Source: Oculina patagonica
Lineage: Eukaryota
DNA: 64,000 nt
NCBI RefSeq assembly: GCF_052425735.1
Contig: NC_135770.1
Location: 30,318,001 to 30,382,000, forward strand
Reading direction: 5' to 3'
This document shows, piece after piece, positions 27,001 to 39,318 of this stretch (the first letter of the stretch is position 1; the number at the start of each line of letters is the position of its first letter). The position numbers and the translations under genes are program-made. The notes beneath the pieces are model-generated. The model saw only the letters and a list, made by a program, of their open reading frames with translations, had not been told where the DNA came from and made no database searches.

Positions 27001-29410
27001 AAGTCAAGATTGTTTTGTTTCAAATGTCGACCGAGTTACATGACTGTTTCAATAAATAGTTGAACAAACTCCTCCTAATAATAATTGAACAAACTCCTGT
27101 CTTGAGTGTTCAACATGCTATCAAAGTATAAGACTGGGTACGATTTCCGCACAGTATGTATGGAGTTGTGCAGAAATCTTGCCTATGTGAAGTTAAGTAC
27201 ATACAGATCGATCTACACGAAGAGAAAAGTCTGGATCAACCCCATTAAACACCTTAGCTGTTTCATAATGAAAATCTGTTTGGCATACTTGTCCGGTCCA
27301 CGCAATACGGGAAAGTTTTAGTTAGCCGAGAAAATTGTAAGGAAAGGCTAGAATCCAAATGTACAAGACTTAAATAGCGATACTATCAAAATAAGAAGCT
27401 CGGATAAGGAAATAAGTATATAAATATTTGAAACCTACAAGCTCAATCGAGCGGGCGATCGATAAACAAGCCAGTATTTACGGTAAATACTGGCTTGTTT
27501 ATCGATCGCAATTACGATACCTCTGATCAGTCCGGAATTATCCCTCGCATGCAGAGCTTTGGCGAACGAACGACACAAGTATGGCGGACACAGTAGACGG
27601 CGTGTAAGAACACACGAAAGTGATTCCCTAGTTACTGCTCGCCGATTGGGCAGAATAATACAAAGGTTTTTTTCTGCCCAATCGGGAGCCAGCATTCGTA
27701 GAGCTGTTTGGAAATGGTCTGGAGAGACACGTTGCCCAGGGGCACTTCGTGCCGTGCTTGAAAACTTTCGTTGCTACGATTTCTGCCTGGTTTTCCTTTG
27801 TTTTGCCCCACTAACTGCCCCTGGGTCTCCGAGGATGGATCATGACTCAATGACCCACTTATGGGAAGTGTCCATCTACCAGAGGTCCCAGGGGGGACAC
27901 TCGGGACTTTAAGTGACGGGGATGATGGAATGGGGGCAAAAATTAAGACCCAAAAATATCCCTTGGGCTTCCAACATAACCCAAAAAAATCCCTAGATCA
28001 AAAATTGACCCCTCAAAAATTAACAACAGCAAAACATCTTCGTTTGTACATTTATTCACAAAACTATGCAGCCAATGCACTGCCATGAATTTTTAGATTG
28101 TTTTTAATACCCAAAACATCCCTACTTAAATCCAAAAAAATACTTGCCAAATTTTCCTACCCCAAAAAATCCTGGAATTGAAAATTGCAACCCTCCCAGA
28201 AAAATCCTTCGATCATCCCATGTCATCCCGAGTACCCCCCCCCCCTGGGCTAGAGGGTATCTGTTAGTGGAGGTCTCACTGTAATTCTATTCTGCCCACT
28301 AAACCACCTAAAAGGTAGCCTCCATCAGAATTATGCTTGTCAATGCTGTTGTTATTCACATTTCCAGGGCGACAGGACTTTTACGTTTGAAACAAATACC
28401 CCTCCAGTCTCCTATTTCCTCAAAGCAGCAGCAGGGATTGAAAAAGGAGCACAGAAACCAGGTAACTGGTTGTACTTGTCACATTATTACTCATTTCATT
28501 ACCCTGTCAAGTCTCTGGTAAAGGCAGGGGTGAATCTGGCTAAAGTGGCCTATGTTGCAGGAGCTTATAAGCCCTCTATCAGTAGCATTAAGCAACTAGG
28601 GTTATTTATACTTCAGCTGGGATGAGATGCTAGTCCATTAATGGGTTATTACCCACCCCCACCCCCAACCCCAACCCCCACAGCATAAAATTCACTGGTA
28701 CCCATTTATACGCCTGAGTTAAAGGAGGCACCATAAGGGTAGAGTGCCTTGCTTGAGAACATGACACAATACCCCGGCCAGGGCTCAGACCTGGATCACT
28801 CATTCTAGAGTCCAGAACACTAACCATGAAGCCATTTTCCCTCGCATAAGTGCAAAGCACAAGGAGAGACCATGAAGCATGAAAGATCACTCTTCATGCT
28901 CTTTCACATATTGCTCTTCTTCCTTTCCCTGCTGCATGTGTTACACAGGCTATTAAAATCATGACATTTTTGACACTTGCTACAAGAGATTGAGGCTGCT
29001 CTTCATGCTCGCTGAGGAATTTCCCTCCTTTTTTTCTTGCTAATCATGACAGTGGTTGCAACCATTTTTTTGTGGAAATAAGTCATCTCCTACTATACCC
29101 TATCCGGCATGGTACCTCCCCAAATACTACCTGTTCTGGGCAAATCTTAAACTTGTGAAAGCAAGTTATCAGGTACTCTGAGAACTGACACTTCATGGAA
29201 CTTTTCTTACGTATATTGCTCTTACTTCTACCTTTAGGCAGGGAAGTTGCAGGCACGGTGACCCTCAAGCAGATTTATGAAATAGCCAAAATCAAGAAGA
29301 AAGACTCATCAATGAGGAATGTACCCCTAGAAAGCTTGTGTAGGTCAATCATTGGATCAACAAGAAGCATGGGAATTGAGGTTGTTCCTGGCAGAGATGG
29401 AGATACGTGA
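21081..29410 (+). CDS. MRPL11: Mitochondrial large ribosomal subunit protein uL11m
   Basis: Exons 21081-21173, 21260-21355, 28368-28461, 29238-29410 give 151 aa. Motifs: [75 protein letters not shown]. Confidence 0.96.
21494..21712. mobile_element. MITE with TIR CAACCCTCCAAGTT and 5-bp flanking repeat CTCCC
   Basis: TIRs and flanking direct repeat read directly; internal TAGTCGCCA subrepeats. Confidence 0.7.
21908..22080. mobile_element. PIF/Harbinger-like MITE
   Basis: TIR AGGCCGATTTACATGGTACGA / TCGTACCGTGTAAATTGGCCT flanked by TAA/TTA. Confidence 0.7.
22085..23105. mobile_element. Non-autonomous DNA transposon (Kolobok-like, TTAA-GG start)
   Basis: TIR GTGGCTCCATAGGGTTT ... AAACCCTATGGAGCCAC; left flank TTAA, right end degenerate. 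Confidence 0.6.
24465..24509. mobile_element. 45-bp mini-element, TAG...CTA ends, 9-bp TSD AGATTTGCC
   Basis: TAGCCTGC...GCAGGCTA flanked by an exact 9-bp direct repeat. Confidence 0.75.
25351..26322. mobile_element. Nested MITE, TIR CAGGGGYGGATCCAGG, 5-bp flanking repeat CTCAG
   Basis: TIRs and direct repeat read directly. Confidence 0.75.
28530..28835 (-). mobile_element. tRNA-derived SINE (degenerate) in MRPL11 intron 3
   Basis: Minus strand: A-box-like ATGGTTAGTGTTCTGG, degenerate B-box GGTCTGAGCCC, body ...TATAAATGGGTACC...ATGGACTAGCATC... Confidence 0.6.
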
Positions 29411-31331
29411 CGCTTTGTCTTTGACGTTAGCCTACTTCACGGATGTTATTCTTTGACTTGTCACGCATTCTTTTTACAATCACCTGACTTGTCACGCAAT
29501 CTTCAAAAAAGGATTGCATAACGTTACAAAAAAGAAGGAAGAGTTAACTATTGTGCAAACTCAAAAAGAATTTCGTGGCAAGATCACCTGGATGGTCCAA
29601 GAACAAGAAAGTGAGCCTTGTTTCAAGGAACGTAATAAAAACAAATGGCAGAGATGGACTGCCGAGCAGAATTTCGCCTCAAATAGAGGTTATTTGCTGA
29701 CTTTCCTTTTACCTACCCTTTACAAATCTAAATAAAAATGACTTTGAATCAGAATGACCAACTTGATTATCTCAAGAAAGATATTGTTTGTTGTTCCAGA
29801 AAATGTCCATACCCCCCCCCCCCCCTTGGAAGGATTTTTGGTTTGGAAACTCCAGTAAGTCCCACACTTTTCTTTAAAAAATTTTGGCCTTGAGACCCCC
29901 CCCCCCCACCCCCTCAGAATTTCCATTGACCTTCCAAGGGACGAGTGTGGATATTTTCTGGGACTGTACATTGCGATATGACAGCAGATTTTCTCGAGGG
30001 TTTGTTACAGAAAGAAACGGAATTTCTTGAAAATTATTAGAAAACTCCCCTTGTGAAACGTCATCGCTTATGCATGCATTGCGTGCCACTCATTCTAAAG
30101 GACGACTGACCCGTCAAGTTTGAGATGAAATGTAAACAGCGTGCAAGCCATTCCGATAGCAAATTAATAATTAGTCAACGAGCTCGAGGTTTCTATCGGC
30201 TATTATTAAAAATGGTATATTGCAATTCCTGTAAAGAATTCATGTACCATGGATCATAAATACGGCAGGTGTATTGCATTTAATAAAACAATTATTCCAC
30301 TCGCACTTGTTAGATATAAGATAGTTAGAGTCAACCCGGCGCTACGCGCCTCATTGGCTCTCTACCGTCTCATATCCAACACGCGCTGATGGAATATTTG
30401 TTATAAATAGTCGGCGAGGGTACCAAAACCTTTATTCATTTGTTTTTGTTGACTTACTTCATACGGAATGCGGAAGCGAAAATGACGTTTGTTGGGTGAA
30501 AATGATTCTGCGTTTTTTTCTTTCCGCCACAAAACGTTGTGATACTTTAATTTCTTTCCGGCTAACTTGAGTTCTTGAACAAAAATAAAGGCAAACAATT
30601 CAGCGAAGGAAAAGGAACTAAAAAAACTTTGATAATAAATTTCATTTCACCGGGATGCAGGAATTGTTATTTTACAGTAGAATCCCGTGTTTTCGAACCC
30701 TCGATTTCCCTTGAATCGTTCTTCTCTCTAAAGCAATTTTCGTTCCCCTTAAATGTTCAAGAAATCGAGATTTTTCTGCACTATATTTTATTCTGCTTTC
30801 TTTTTTTACAAATGAGTGGGCGCAAAACAACCCTCTTTTAACCCTTGTCTGTCTTCCAAGGTTGACGTTCTTAATTAAAATACAACTTAACCCATATATT
30901 TTTTTAGTGTTTTTTTTTTTTTGCTTTAAGCTTATAACAGCCCACACAAAGCTCATTTTGTAATGGTAATCTAGGTGTGAAAAGCAATTTAGCCCTATGA
31001 AAAATTTCAAATGGACGACACCTCAGACCTTGGACGTAAAAACATTTAAGAATATGGCAAGTTGTTCTTTTCTAACTTTTTTTTTGGTAGAACTGAAACC
31101 TTTCGATGCCACCGAAATAGTTTTTTTATTGTCAAATAAAAGTTCGTCTAGAAAGGTTACAAATACGTGACACTGAGAAATTTTAATTTACACAGCCGAC
31201 AAATGGAGGAATAGCTTAATCACCAAGGCCAACGAAAACTGAAGTCTTGATTGTCTTCTTTTTATCAAAAATGTCCACACTTTGCGTCAGGCCAGACAGC
31301 TGAAAAACCATCCCCCAATTCTTTTTTACGT

Positions 31332-32465
31332 TTACAGGCTATTTTTATTTTCTGGGAGGTTTTTTCGTTTGCTCTCTCCTCTTTCAGTTAATTTTCTGTT
31401 TCGCTGCCCAAACGTTGAAGTAGAGCATGTTCTGTTGGACGAGTACTTTTTCAAATACTCCCATTTTTGACAAGAAAAAAATTGCCAGCACTTGAGAAAG
31501 ATCTTCTTAAATTCTCTTTTGAATTCATGGTGCCTGTATGCATACAAAGCGGGATTTACGACTGAGTTACTGTACAATAGAATCCGGATCCAAAAGCGCG
31601 CGTGTTTGCTCTGCGCTGTTTCTGGTGCGGCAAAATGGTACAAGATAAGAATGATACGAGGGTAGACCAGAAGAACGAACGCTCCAAACACGAAAGCAAT
31701 TGTTTTGGCTGCTTTATGTTCCTTTTTCTGGCCATAAGCCTGCCTGTCAGCTCGTCTTTCATCAAGGAGGTGAAAAATTCTGGAATCTAACGTGGAAGTG
31801 AGCGAGAGGCGCACCACTTTGCTAGCCAACTTGCTGCTCGCGCGCTGTTTTAAGACCGACTTGCGGACGATCTTGAAAATCCTGTAGTATGTCATCGCGA
31901 TTATCAAAGTTACGAGGAGGACAAACGCCACAAAGAACACGAGAAACGGTTTGTCGCTCACACCAGGAAATTTTGGAAGGCAGGTCACAAATATAGACAC
32001 GGCCCATATCAATGCAATTACTACAGAAACTTTCCCTTTTGCAAATTTAACCGACGACAAATAAAACATCGGGCGCGACAGGGCGACAAAACGATCGATG
32101 CTCATCGCAGCTAGGCTTGAGATAGATGCGATGATGTTCACTCTACCAACAAAACCAGCAATTTCAACAACGGCCTTTGGGACGCTCGTACGGCCGTGAT
32201 ACAGGGCCATATGCTGTGATGCTCGCATGGGAACCAGGATCGCGCTTACCAACAAATCCGCAAAGGCGAGAGACGCCAGGAGGAAGTAGGAAACGACTTG
32301 AAGTGATCGGTTCTTGCACACCACGGTGATTGTCAAAGAGTTCCCTACAGTTCCGAGCAGACATAAAATGATCTCCAAACACGATGCGAGAAGAACGGCT
32401 GTAGAGCCTTCCTGGACGTCTTCCTGCGTTTCAGTCGGCGTATCTGTAGAATTAGAAGCTGCCAT
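31332..32465 (-). CDS. Class A (rhodopsin-like) orphan GPCR, intronless CDS, 377 aa
   Basis: Seven hydrophobic segments; GN (TM1), SLAFAD (TM2), DRF, W in TM4, KAAKT, NPALY. Confidence 0.93.
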   Translation of the reverse strand: MAASNSTDTPTETQEDVQEGSTAVLLASCLEIILCLLGTVGNSLTITVVCKNRSLQVVSYFLLASLAFADLLVSAILVPMRASQHMALYHGRTSVPKAVVEIAGFVGRVNIIASISSLAAMSIDRFVALSRPMFYLSSVKFAKGKVSVVIALIWAVSIFVTCLPKFPGVSDKPFLVFFVAFVLLVTLIIAMTYYRIFKIVRKSVLKQRASSKLASKVVRLSLTSTLDSRIFHLLDERRADRQAYGQKKEHKAAKTIAFVFGAFVLLVYPRIILILYHFAAPETAQSKHARFWIRILLYSNSVVNPALYAYRHHEFKREFKKIFLKCWQFFSCQKWEYLKKYSSNRTCSTSTFGQRNRKLTERGESKRKNLPENKNSL

Positions 32466-34829
32466 TTCTTTTCAAATCTTCTAAGCTTTCACACAATACT
32501 GCCTGCCCCACTTTTAATTTAATGAAAAGAAGACGGTGGGTTATTTGCGTTGTCACGAAGTTGGCAAAAGCTTATTTATGTCAGCTGTACTCGCTATGAA
32601 GTGTCTGTACTTAATCTTGTGACACTTTAAATTAGATTATATATAACTGTAAATAAACGATTTCAGTTTAAGATTCGGCGACCATAATCTTTGCCGGCCT
32701 GCATTTTGCAAATTATGAGAGGCTGAGCAAACTTCAAAACTGAGCAATTAAATAACCCGCCGAGGTGCGAAACTGGCGGGGAATTATGTTAATGTTTTGA
32801 CTTCTTTTTATAAAAAGACTGAACGAATAATTATCCTTTTTGTCATTAAGAATCGTGCCACATAACGAATTCAAAAGTTGCTTCTGTTTAAAATGTTATT
32901 AGTAGTGTCGACGAAAGGGAATATTTTTTTATAATTATTGTTTTTCTGGTTTTTAATTTTTCAATTCCCGCTTTTATTTTCATTGCAAGAGGATGTCGAA
33001 AAAGATGCGCTGAAATGAAACTCAATCAGCATTGTTTCACACGTTTCACACCATTTATTTAAAAAAGCCTGAAAGCGAAAAAGAAGTGATTAATTTAAGC
33101 GTAGCAGGAAGATTTAACATATCGCAACATACTTAATGAAAACGTGGTTCGCCCGGACTTCAGTTTAAAAAGTATTCTCTGCGGCTGCCTACTAGTTTCG
33201 AGCCTTATACAGTCTATAATAGTTACGTTGGAAACAGTCGAAAATTTTGGTTGGAAACCAAGAAAACAATAGAAAGGATCTTTTGAAGTAAGAAATACAA
33301 AGACATAAAAAAACAACTAAGTTGGGGGGGGGGGGGGTGCGAGTGGGATCACCAGATATTTGGAAAGTTAATAAAAAAAATACTTAAAAAATAGTACCGA
33401 AAAAAAAATTTCGTCTGGCATAAAAAGTTACCAGTGAAAATATTTTTAAAAAATATATATATGTAAATAAACACTATGAACCTAATAATAAATAAATCTA
33501 GGCAATAAAAAATGAAAACAATCAAATCATGTGTCACTGGACAGACATCTGTGTTCTGTGAACTTAGAAAGAAGAACAGGCGGCTCTAAGGACGAGAGTG
33601 AGATGACAAGCTCTTCAAAGCGTTTGCACAGCGTTCTCTATCGAAATGGCCGAGCGAGCCATGGGAACAAAATTTCTAACAAAATGGCGTCCAGATGTCA
33701 AAAATGTGGTAACATGTGCATAACCTGAGTATCAGGCCTTCCTAAGGGGAGAGGGGAGGGAGGGAAAATAAATCTTCAGAGAAGAAGAAGAAGAACTTTT
33801 CAAAATACTCGTGAAAGAATATTGGAAATATTGGTGGTGGCATTTTGATTATGAAAACGTTTGATATTACTTTCCGGTTAGTTTTCATTCTTGAACAAAA
33901 ATAAAAGTCAAAAATATGAAGAGAAAAGTAGAAGTAAAGAAGCTTTATAGCCCGGGGGGTACCAAAAGATACGGGGAGGCTCCGCCCCGTTCTACCCCTA
34001 CCCTTTTATATACCATTTTGACGAATTTACCCCTTGTATACCTTCGAAAAAGGTACCCCTTTCAACCAGAGACATGGGTGGACTAAATATGACGTTTTCT
34101 TTCTGTAGCGCTTAAGCCATGCGTCTGTTCGAATTAGGCCCTACTGACAATTCCAACCCTCAACTACCGTTCCCACCCACCTGAAGCCGAAAAAGGACCC
34201 CCGGGCGGAGCCCCCCGAGGCCATACAGGGAGTCCCCCCCGTTTATAGAATATGAATTTTATATTTATTTATTATAAACTTTTTGCTTCAGCTTTCTTTG
34301 TTTCAAAAGAGCGTATGGTGACCCTCTCTTACCTCTCTGCTTTCCGAAATTAAGTCACTTAATTTCGTCGTATACTTTTTTTTTTTTTTTTTTTTTTTTT
34401 TGGGTTTTTTTTTTTTGTTGTAAGCCAAAAAGCACTTAGCTCAACAATGAAAACCCATTCTGTATTGGAAATTAAGGTGTGAAAAACAACCTCGTCGTAT
34501 GAAAATTTTCCGAGAACGATCGGCTTAAAAAAATTAAGAATATAAAATAATGTTCTCTGCGTTTTTTTTTCGATTAAAACTGGAGCCTTCTAATGGTCCC
34601 AAAATTGAGAATTCAGTTAAATTTACAAGGCCAAAAATGTCCGAAAATTAAGAATAGCTTATAAACAACCATGTCCAGCGAAAGCTTTAGGACCTTTAGT
34701 CCTGATTGCCTTCTTAATAAAAATGCTAACCATTCAGCTGACCATTAGCATTGCATTACAATTGGCGGCAATCGAGCCAGGACTGCTGAGAAAGCATTCT
34801 CGAACATTTGTTACGCTATCCTGTTACAA

Positions 34830-35963
34830 TTAGTTCTCTTTTGGGGAGGTTTCACCATCGTTGCTCTGTTCCTCAGCTACTTCAAGTCCCCTGTTTTGAT
34901 GTTCTGGCGTTGAATTGGAGTAAGTTTTGTTCGAGGAGGAACTTTTCAAATACTCCCATTTTTGGCAAGAAAAAAATTGCCAGCACTTGAGAAAAATCTT
35001 CTTGAATTCTCTTTTGAACTCATTGTGCCTGTATGCATACAAAGCGGGATTTACGACCGAGTTACTGTACAATAGAATACGAATCCAGAAGCGCGCGTGT
35101 TTGCTCTGCGCCGTTTCTGATGCGGCAAAATGGTACAGGATTAGAATAATACGAGGGTAAACCAAAAGTACGAACGCTCCAATCACGAAGGCAATTGTTT
35201 TGGCTGCTTTTCGTTCCCCTTTCTGAGCATAAGCCTGGCTGTCCGTTTGCCTTTCTTCAGCGTAGTGAGCAAGTCTGGAATCCGAAGTGGAAGTGACTGA
35301 GAGGCACACCACTTTGCTGGCCAAATTGCTGCTCGCCCGCTGTTTTAAGACCGACTTGCGGACAACCTTGAAAATCCTGTAGTATGTCAATGCGATTATC
35401 AAGGTTACCAAGAGAACGAACGCCACGAAGAACACGAGAAACGGCTTGTCGCTAACACCAGGAAACTTTGGTAGGCAGGTCACAAATATAGACACGGTCC
35501 ATATCAGTGCAATGGCGATAGAAACTTTTCCTTTTGCAAACTTCACCGACGTCAAGTAAAATATCGGGCGCGACAGGGCGACATAACGATCGATGCTCAT
35601 CGCAGCTAGGCTTGAGATAGATGCGATGATGTTCACTCTTCCAACAAAACCAGCAATTTCAACCACGGCCTTTGGCAGGCTTGTACGGCCGTGATACAGG
35701 GCCATATGCTGTGATGCTCGCATGGGAACCAGGATCGCGCTTACTAACAAATCCGCGAAGGCGAGAGACGCCAGGAGGAAGTAGGAAACGACTTGAAGCG
35801 ATCGGTTCTCGCACACCACGGTGATTGTCAGAGAGTTCCCTACAGTTCCGAGCAGACATAAAATGATCTCCACACACGATGCGAGGAGAACGGCTGTAGA
35901 CCCTTCCTGAAAAGACCCTGCTTGGCTTTCAGTGGGCATATTTGTAGAGTTAGAAGCTGCCAT
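34830..35963 (-). CDS. Class A (rhodopsin-like) orphan GPCR, tandem paralog, 377 aa
   Basis: Same motifs with DRY; TM core nearly identical to 31332-32465. Confidence 0.93.
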   Translation of the reverse strand: MAASNSTNMPTESQAGSFQEGSTAVLLASCVEIILCLLGTVGNSLTITVVCENRSLQVVSYFLLASLAFADLLVSAILVPMRASQHMALYHGRTSLPKAVVEIAGFVGRVNIIASISSLAAMSIDRYVALSRPIFYLTSVKFAKGKVSIAIALIWTVSIFVTCLPKFPGVSDKPFLVFFVAFVLLVTLIIALTYYRIFKVVRKSVLKQRASSNLASKVVCLSVTSTSDSRLAHYAEERQTDSQAYAQKGERKAAKTIAFVIGAFVLLVYPRIILILYHFAASETAQSKHARFWIRILLYSNSVVNPALYAYRHNEFKREFKKIFLKCWQFFSCQKWEYLKSSSSNKTYSNSTPEHQNRGLEVAEEQSNDGETSPKEN

Positions 35964-36059
35964 CTCTTTGGAAATCTTGTAACTTTTCCCTAAATGTAGT
36001 TGGCACCACTAAGATAAAAATAGCACAACTGTGCTAATTGAGGACACTGTAAATATGAG

Positions 36060-36250
36060 GAAGCAAATATCAGTTATAAATCAAACAGAAACTTGCTAAA
36101 AATACCAACTGTCAGGATACTGACTAGTTGGCTATTTTCAAAGGAAAGGAGTCGGGACTACCAAAGAAAAATCCATCTAGCGGCAGGGAGGAAGATTTCG
36201 AACGATTTGAACCGGGACCTCCGGATTACAGGTCCAGCGCCATTACCCAC
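36060..36250 (-). mobile_element. tRNA-derived SINE fragment
   Basis: Minus strand GGTAATGGCGCTGGACCTGTAATCCGGAGGTCCCGGTTCAAATC (A/B boxes); no complete cloverleaf. Confidence 0.55.
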
Positions 36251-38706
36251 AATGGCAATTATAAAATAATTGTTTTGGGCAACTTATCTCGCATGATCAT
36301 ATTAAAGTCCGATATGTCCAAAGCCTGCGAACAGGCTTTCCCCTCTTTTTTCCCCCCCCCGCCCACCCTCTCTCAAAAACCTTTTCGCGGGGTTATATCT
36401 CCAGAAATGCACGTTTAAGTACTGCCTATTTGAAAGGCTTCAGGAATAAAGAAGATTGGCCTGTTCCGTTTTGAAAGCTCTATTTTCGATTAAAAGATAT
36501 TCGAGTTTAATTTATATAATATATAATATATATCTAGTGTTAGGACCTTCATGTAAAAAAAACAAGGGAAAAGCCCTGGGAACGAGGTTGGCTTCCTAAT
36601 AAAAGATTGTTATTATTAAGTTTTTGTGTTATGCAAATGAGGAACGCGATGACGTCATAAATTGTTCCACTAAAAGATTGATCACAAAATAAAGGATATC
36701 TCTGTAAATATAGGAGTGATATTTTTGAAATTTGGCATCGGTAGTGAGCCTTCCTCAAAGATGCAAGATGGCTTATATTGTGGTGTTACCATGGCAACTC
36801 CCTTAACTCCAGTCTATTTCTGTCGTTAACCAAAGTGTCTCTATTTGCAACCCTTTAAGGCGGGACAGAGAGGGTCCGGCTTGGTACACACATTATACAC
36901 ATGGTGCCCATATTGCCTTAATTCTTCTCATTAGCTTGGTTGGGAGTGGATGATTCTTGGCCATGGTTAAGCAAAAACTAGGAATGTCAGTATTAATGAA
37001 AACAGGTCTTTGCAGCAAAACTGTTGCTAAGGCAATGACACAACAGGTATCATTCTGTGTCTTTCGTGATGTACATGAATGGTGCAAAGTTTGACGAACA
37101 CCGCTCTAAAAAATATTCTAAAAAATATTCTTGATTTAGTGCTTAATCATTTAGTGGAACAATGACGTCATTACTTTCCTCATTTGCATAGTACGAAAAC
37201 GTAAATATCTCTAAAACAAAAGATATTGCAAAAACTAAAGGGAAACGCCATTCTTCTTTATTTTGAAAAGCCTTATAAATTAGCAGCAACTATTTTTTAC
37301 TTCATAGACACTTATCGCTAAGTGTTGTCAGATAATTTAAAACATCATAGAAAGTTAAAGGAGTTAATATATAACGACCAAGTGTATATTTGGTGTCGAT
37401 GACAGAGATCAAATTGTTTTCTGGCGATCATTGGCGCTTGTTTTCATGACATGTGCTTGTTTCGACAGGATCAGTGACAAGTTTCTTTTAATATTGTCCG
37501 TGATTTACCCGACACGAACAGCAAGTTTCAAAACAAGTTGGATTTCACATATCACTTCCGTCCTCAGTTGAGCTGATACTCAGTAGCATGCGTACACGTT
37601 TCTCGATATTTGGAACAACACTGCTCGTGATTGATAAATGCTAGGTTACTCATTGTAGGTTACTTTTCATCTACATTGAAGTAAGATCTAATGACAGTAA
37701 AACGATTTTGAAAGTAAGTCCGCTTTCTAGCTTCTGTTGCTTGTAATTCTGCTTCTCCCATAAATGTGGCGTGCCTACGTTCCCTATTTTCAATCAACGC
37801 ATTCTGGGGCTTACCTTAAACGTGAAAGTTTCCCTTGGAACCGTAATTACACTCAATCTTTGTAGTCGATTCTCAGCCACCAACAACGTACCAATGTGTT
37901 CCTGAAGCTGTGTGAAGCAAGATCCACTATGTACAATAAATTGAAAGAGGCACTGACCGGAAGCTGTGGATCTAGATCTCGTCAGTAGTCACGCGGACTG
38001 AACAATTCTTTGTTAATGTTCTTTTCTTAACGACGATCTCTTAATGCCTTTATACATATAACAGCGATACTTGAGTCTTCTAACTGAATCAGTTCATGTT
38101 CCCCGACAGACTGGAAAGCTGCTCCCCAAAGCTGAAGTGATATTGTCTGAAGAATTTTATTAGCTTCCGCAATTGATCACAAGATCAGGTACACTCAAGC
38201 AAAAGGATACAACATCAAAATGTCACGCCAAGACCGAAGTTATTTTTCCCGCTGTCACGCAACACAGAGCAATGTTGTGCCCCGGTTGTACCGAACCGCA
38301 ATCAGGCCGCAAAAAAAGAACACCTGATCAGCACCCATATCATCATCATAGGTTATGTTGTGCCCAGAGATTCTGTTGTTTTGGTCCACCACTCGGCCAT
38401 AAGCCGAGCGTGGTTCATGTTCTTTATGTTCTGGCCGTGGCCCTACCAAAAAAAGAAAATACTTCCGTCGTCTCATGCTCAGGGATGGACAATTTTTTTG
38501 AGGTGGGGGCAGCTACCCAAAAAACAGTTCTGTACAGGAAAAATAGCGACAAAAATCATGCACAGCAAGCTAAAGGGGAAGCTGCACATGTTTAAGTGAA
38601 AAAAACACACGGCCGGACGGGAAAATGATTTCAAAGTCAGAAATGGTACGGTTTAATTAACCGCAGGTCCACATCAGCTTTATGCTGCCTTATTATTCCG
38701 ACCTGC

Positions 38707-39028
38707 NNNNNNNNNNNNNNNNNNNNNNNNNNNNNNNNNNNNNNNNNNNNNNNNNNNNNNNNNNNNNNNNNNNNNNNNNNNNNNNNNNNNNNNNNNNNNN
38801 NNNNNNNNNNNNNNNNNNNNNNNNNNNNNNNNNNNNNNNNNNNNNNNNNNNNNNNNNNNNNNNNNNNNNNNNNNNNNNNNNNNNNNNNNNNNNNNNNNNN
38901 NNNNNNNNNNNNNNNNNNNNNNNNNNNNNNNNNNNNNNNNNNNNNNNNNNNNNNNNNNNNNNNNNNNNNNNNNNNNNNNNNNNNNNNNNNNNNNNNNNNN
39001 NNNNNNNNNNNNNNNNNNNNNNNNNNNN
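38707..39028. other. Assembly gap (322 N)
   Basis: Run of n. Confidence 0.99.
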
Positions 39029-39318
39029 GCCCCCACCCTACCCCAGTTGCCTGATTCAACCACTTCCCAGCGGTTCTCTTTTGAAATGACCGAGCGAGCC
39101 ATGAGAACAAGTCCCAAACAAAATGGCGTCCAAATGTGGTTACATGTGCACTAAATCTTCAGCAAAGAACTTTTTCAATATACTCGTGAAAGAATAGATT
39201 ATAGTGATAATGGCTTTTTGATTATGATAAAGAATTGAGCAGTGGGCGTTTTCGCCCATTTTTTACCGTAACAAATCGAAGATCGCCGCGCCATTATTCG
39301 AATTCGATTCTCGTAGCA

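Larger units (their letters stand above)
23597..27837 (+). mobile_element. AcademH-like DNA transposon relic: long TIRs, 9-bp TSD, decayed RecQ-type helicase fragment
   Basis: TIRs 23597-24221 and 27276-27837 (CATCCTCGGAGACCC...GGGTCTCCGAGGATG). GATCATGAC at 23588-23596 and 27838-27846. Frameshifted [36 protein letters not shown] at about 26425-26710. Confidence 0.8.

Noticed and set aside
23567-27912. Similar ORFs 23567-23902 (-) and 27559-27912 (+)
   Set aside because: Both lie in the TIRs of the AcademH-like element.
33950-34420. GC-rich irregular segment and long T run
   Set aside because: Looks like a degenerate MITE or low-quality sequence; no supportable structure.
36190-36250. tRNA-like sequence
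   Set aside because: A/B boxes are present but there is no acceptor stem; it is a SINE head, not a tRNA gene.
38637-39117. ORFs of 135-157 aa
   Set aside because: Artefacts of the N gap.
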